Source of the DNA: a virus
Direction: 5' to 3' (one strand)
Virus record (IMG/VR): IMGVR_UViG_3300044613_003178
DNA: 64,000 nt
Numbering within the stretch: the stretch's first letter is position 1; each line of letters starts with the position of its first letter. Under the pieces are notes generated by a model, which saw only the letters and a program-made list of their open reading frames with translations, was not told where the DNA came from and did no database searches. Position numbers and translations under genes: made by a program. This document shows positions 62,701 through 64,000 of this stretch, one piece after another.

Positions 62701-64000
62701 CACCACCGACTCCAAGATATTCTCTAATTCCTATACCGGTTCCTGCATAAATTTGAAGATTGTCATCATAAGTTGCAGTTTTACTACCAGGAATGTCATT
62801 TGTACTACTATCACCAATCCAAGAAACTGTTCTAAAATACTTACCTTTAATTGTGATCTTGTCGCCGTTTGTATCTACTTTATTATCTGCAACTACCTCT
62901 ATACCACCACCATTACCTGTTAATAGAAGAGTTTCACTTGGATAAAACGCTGAAACACTTCCTCCGCTATCTGTAGAAATAGTTGAATATGTTGGTTGAT
63001 TACCAAGTGTAGAGGCACTTATCACTATTTTATTTGATCCAGGAACTGTTTGTAATGTAATACCTGAACCTGCATCTATTGTAAATACATCATTTGGTGC
63101 GTCTGCTGTCACTTCAGCACCACTTACTAAAGTACCACCGCTTGAAGCAACTGCATTGAATCTTCCAAAAGAAAGTCCTTGAGCACTAACTGGGAAGAAT
63201 ATACCACCAGTTGTACTTGTTGCAACAAATACTGGCTTTACTATGCCACTTGCTGGTTTTGTTAGAGTATAATTTGGTGAACCACTTGTTAAATAATAAA
63301 CTGCACCAACATCAAGATTTGAATAAGATCCTGGGATATTACTTAGTACGAACTCACCATGAGTTACTACCCAAATTTTACCACCACTTATTCTTTCAAC
63401 AATACCAATAGAATATGCTTCTGATTCTTCTGATGAAGAAGTTAATGAACATTTAACTACTGTTGCTTGATTGTTTGTATCGTTGTATATTTTTACAACA
63501 TTACCAACTTCCAATCCTGCAGAATAATTAGAAGTTATATAACGGTTTGTCCACTTAGAATCTAGAATACCATTTGAGTTACTAATTGGAATTATACTTG
63601 TTGAGTAATCTGTAACTGTCTTGAAATTGGTTGTTGAACCTAAAACATTACCAATTTGGATTTTATCTGTTACAACGAATGTACTTGTAACTGGATTTGT
63701 AGTTTCTACTGTTGCATAGAATACTCTAGTTTCGGTATCAGTATTTGTATAATCTTTGTATATAAAATTAAGAGCTCTATCAACATTTCTTGCTTCAATT
63801 ATCCAAGATTTATCATCATTATTTGTGCTATCAACACCCATGAACATTTCAAGTGCAACATCATATTGTGTTGATCCACTTGTTGTATACTTGAATTCTG
63901 CTCTTCTTCCTGTACCATTTGTCAAGAAAGCATAGCCATCTTGTAAACCTATATTTCTATTTGAGAACCAAGCAGACTTGGTTGTATTATATGTGAATTT
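59735..64000 (-). CDS. Large tail fibre / virion structural protein, 5' end outside the window
   Basis: Frame stays open from 63925 to 64000 (KFTYNTTKSAWFSNRNIG...); AGSGITL-type fibre repeats; SIT..KLA motifs; C-terminal KYFIHV...FYTTELL beta-sandwich. Confidence 0.85.
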   Translation of the reverse strand, partial: KFTYNTTKSAWFSNRNIGLQDGYAFLTNGTGRRAEFKYTTSGSTQYDVALEMFMGVDSTNNDDKSWIIEARNVDRALNFIYKDYTNTDTETRVFYATVETTNPVTSTFVVTDKIQIGNVLGSTTNFKTVTDYSTSIIPISNSNGILDSKWTNRYITSNYSAGLEVGNVVKIYNDTNNQATVVKCSLTSSSEESEAYSIGIVERISGGKIWVVTHGEFVLSNIPGSYSNLDVGAVYYLTSGSPNYTLTKPASGIVKPVFVATSTTGGIFFPVSAQGLSFGRFNAVASSGGTLVSGAEVTADAPNDVFTIDAGSGITLQTVPGSNKIVISASTLGNQPTYSTISTDSGGSVSAFYPSETLLLTGNGGGIEVVADNKVDTNGDKITIKGKYFRTVSWIGDSSTNDIPGSKTATYDDNLQIYAGTGIGIREYLGVGGGLLIEATGQSVASVSNGSITITKLATFNPNSVLIGNSSGTPTLQVTTNNSILSANSSGVISWDTPTTLLQDKFAKTGFDTGYPTAKQNNFGITPTRNFGIVRIPRNATTIGTTQDYEIPAFRFTTTNSINGALIGLQEGDGIELAVNNTVADIISGIPSIKITNKYGSAFSKVYIADTGETIESNGTSTVTYSNYFLNSNVMTSITWLRYRDGQAADSSIGAATTNIAGKETESSITFTDGIITSTTGTKVTFVNNSSLTSNLNNGIFANFCKPGTSTNWNATETEGKYLTISVYVATLSGTQSFKIGYYHGKKAGFVNTAAPTYSPDFTATTTPQRFTFTVKAQPSTTVSASTTEIPPNINISQPFGTINGGSVVVWGAQVEEGRTANSLISTTSTALSVTRIETQSHGTLRFDTTSSPILLDSDTNSDTIYFKIATNGITNNYLATMADNTVKVGTGSTNSDNTPQDLSIGTNSVLGRVGNGDLKSVSASELATMIGANYFTSIETDAGTVTPSETNIIKLKGGSGITVTESTDHQIIITNTGGTGGTGSISLVGDWDGTRTNSSASSKEKLLFSDGDLEYTISSLDNFTALISSSIRWSGLTSTINGGAGFLYGFGTATVNKDAIVSKFVPVNASSGSQLPVIDAATGNLTYVNSFGAGSTAITHVVGLTGGGTLVATSNFISTLSFTNISNLSFSGTTITASTAAATTFPIIASNGGVYTNGNANIGISMPTGSSSLHLGRDTVLVSTWSGGDFITQLGLGGSGFTVASGVTAPPSSTIKTRFFGSSAWANLSAASSPRICMPNFLIGTGPDSNSDTLGNGVYLRNDTTNNGLIFTNYNLSTNTGKTIQKDRSCRLGLEVLDVDTGTTAYANSKNTAYLTHTFIPRATSATTVDQFLIPNNSKKSYKYFIHVENASGDFYTTELLIQVKGTTTNIVQYASSSTSTSLSVNFSISATAGGSETTVTLTHSNTPGSLDIKLLKYEV

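Overview
A 64 kb segment of a large AT-rich T4-like myophage (Kyanoviridae/Straboviridae-type gene set, host unknown). Essentially every gene is on the minus strand and tightly coupled. In transcription order (right to left): large virion/fibre proteins; neck gp13-gp14-gp15; an ~11 kb insertion (FN3 protein plus three paralogous beta-helix proteins); gp16-gp17-gp18-gp19-gp20; an adaptor plus Cys-rich insertion; gp67-like, gp21, gp22, gp23, gp3; uvsY, uvsW, gp55, gp47, a DenV-family gene, a displaced gp68-like gene, gp46, rnh, gp45, gp44, gp62, regA; a ~6.5 kb tail-fibre cassette with three glycine-rich adhesin paralogs; and an operon dut, DUF1599/Nmad1-like, DNA MTase, gp43, uvsX, gp41, gp61, thyX (truncated). 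No tRNA, CRISPR, intron, intein or transposon was seen. The most notable observations are: (i) sigma70-type promoters that all have a 16-nt spacer, two apparently leaderless and one antisense; (ii) gp55-type late promoters, including an RBS-sequestering hairpin at gp13 and a leaderless gp3; (iii) two parallel adaptor-led virion appendage cassettes, one with three Gly-rich adhesins and one with a very Cys-rich protein; (iv) the same CBM-like domain inserted mid-repeat into two unrelated virion proteins; (v) an MTase with a candidate sliding-clamp-binding tail next to the polymerase. All family calls come from motif recognition by eye, not database searches.
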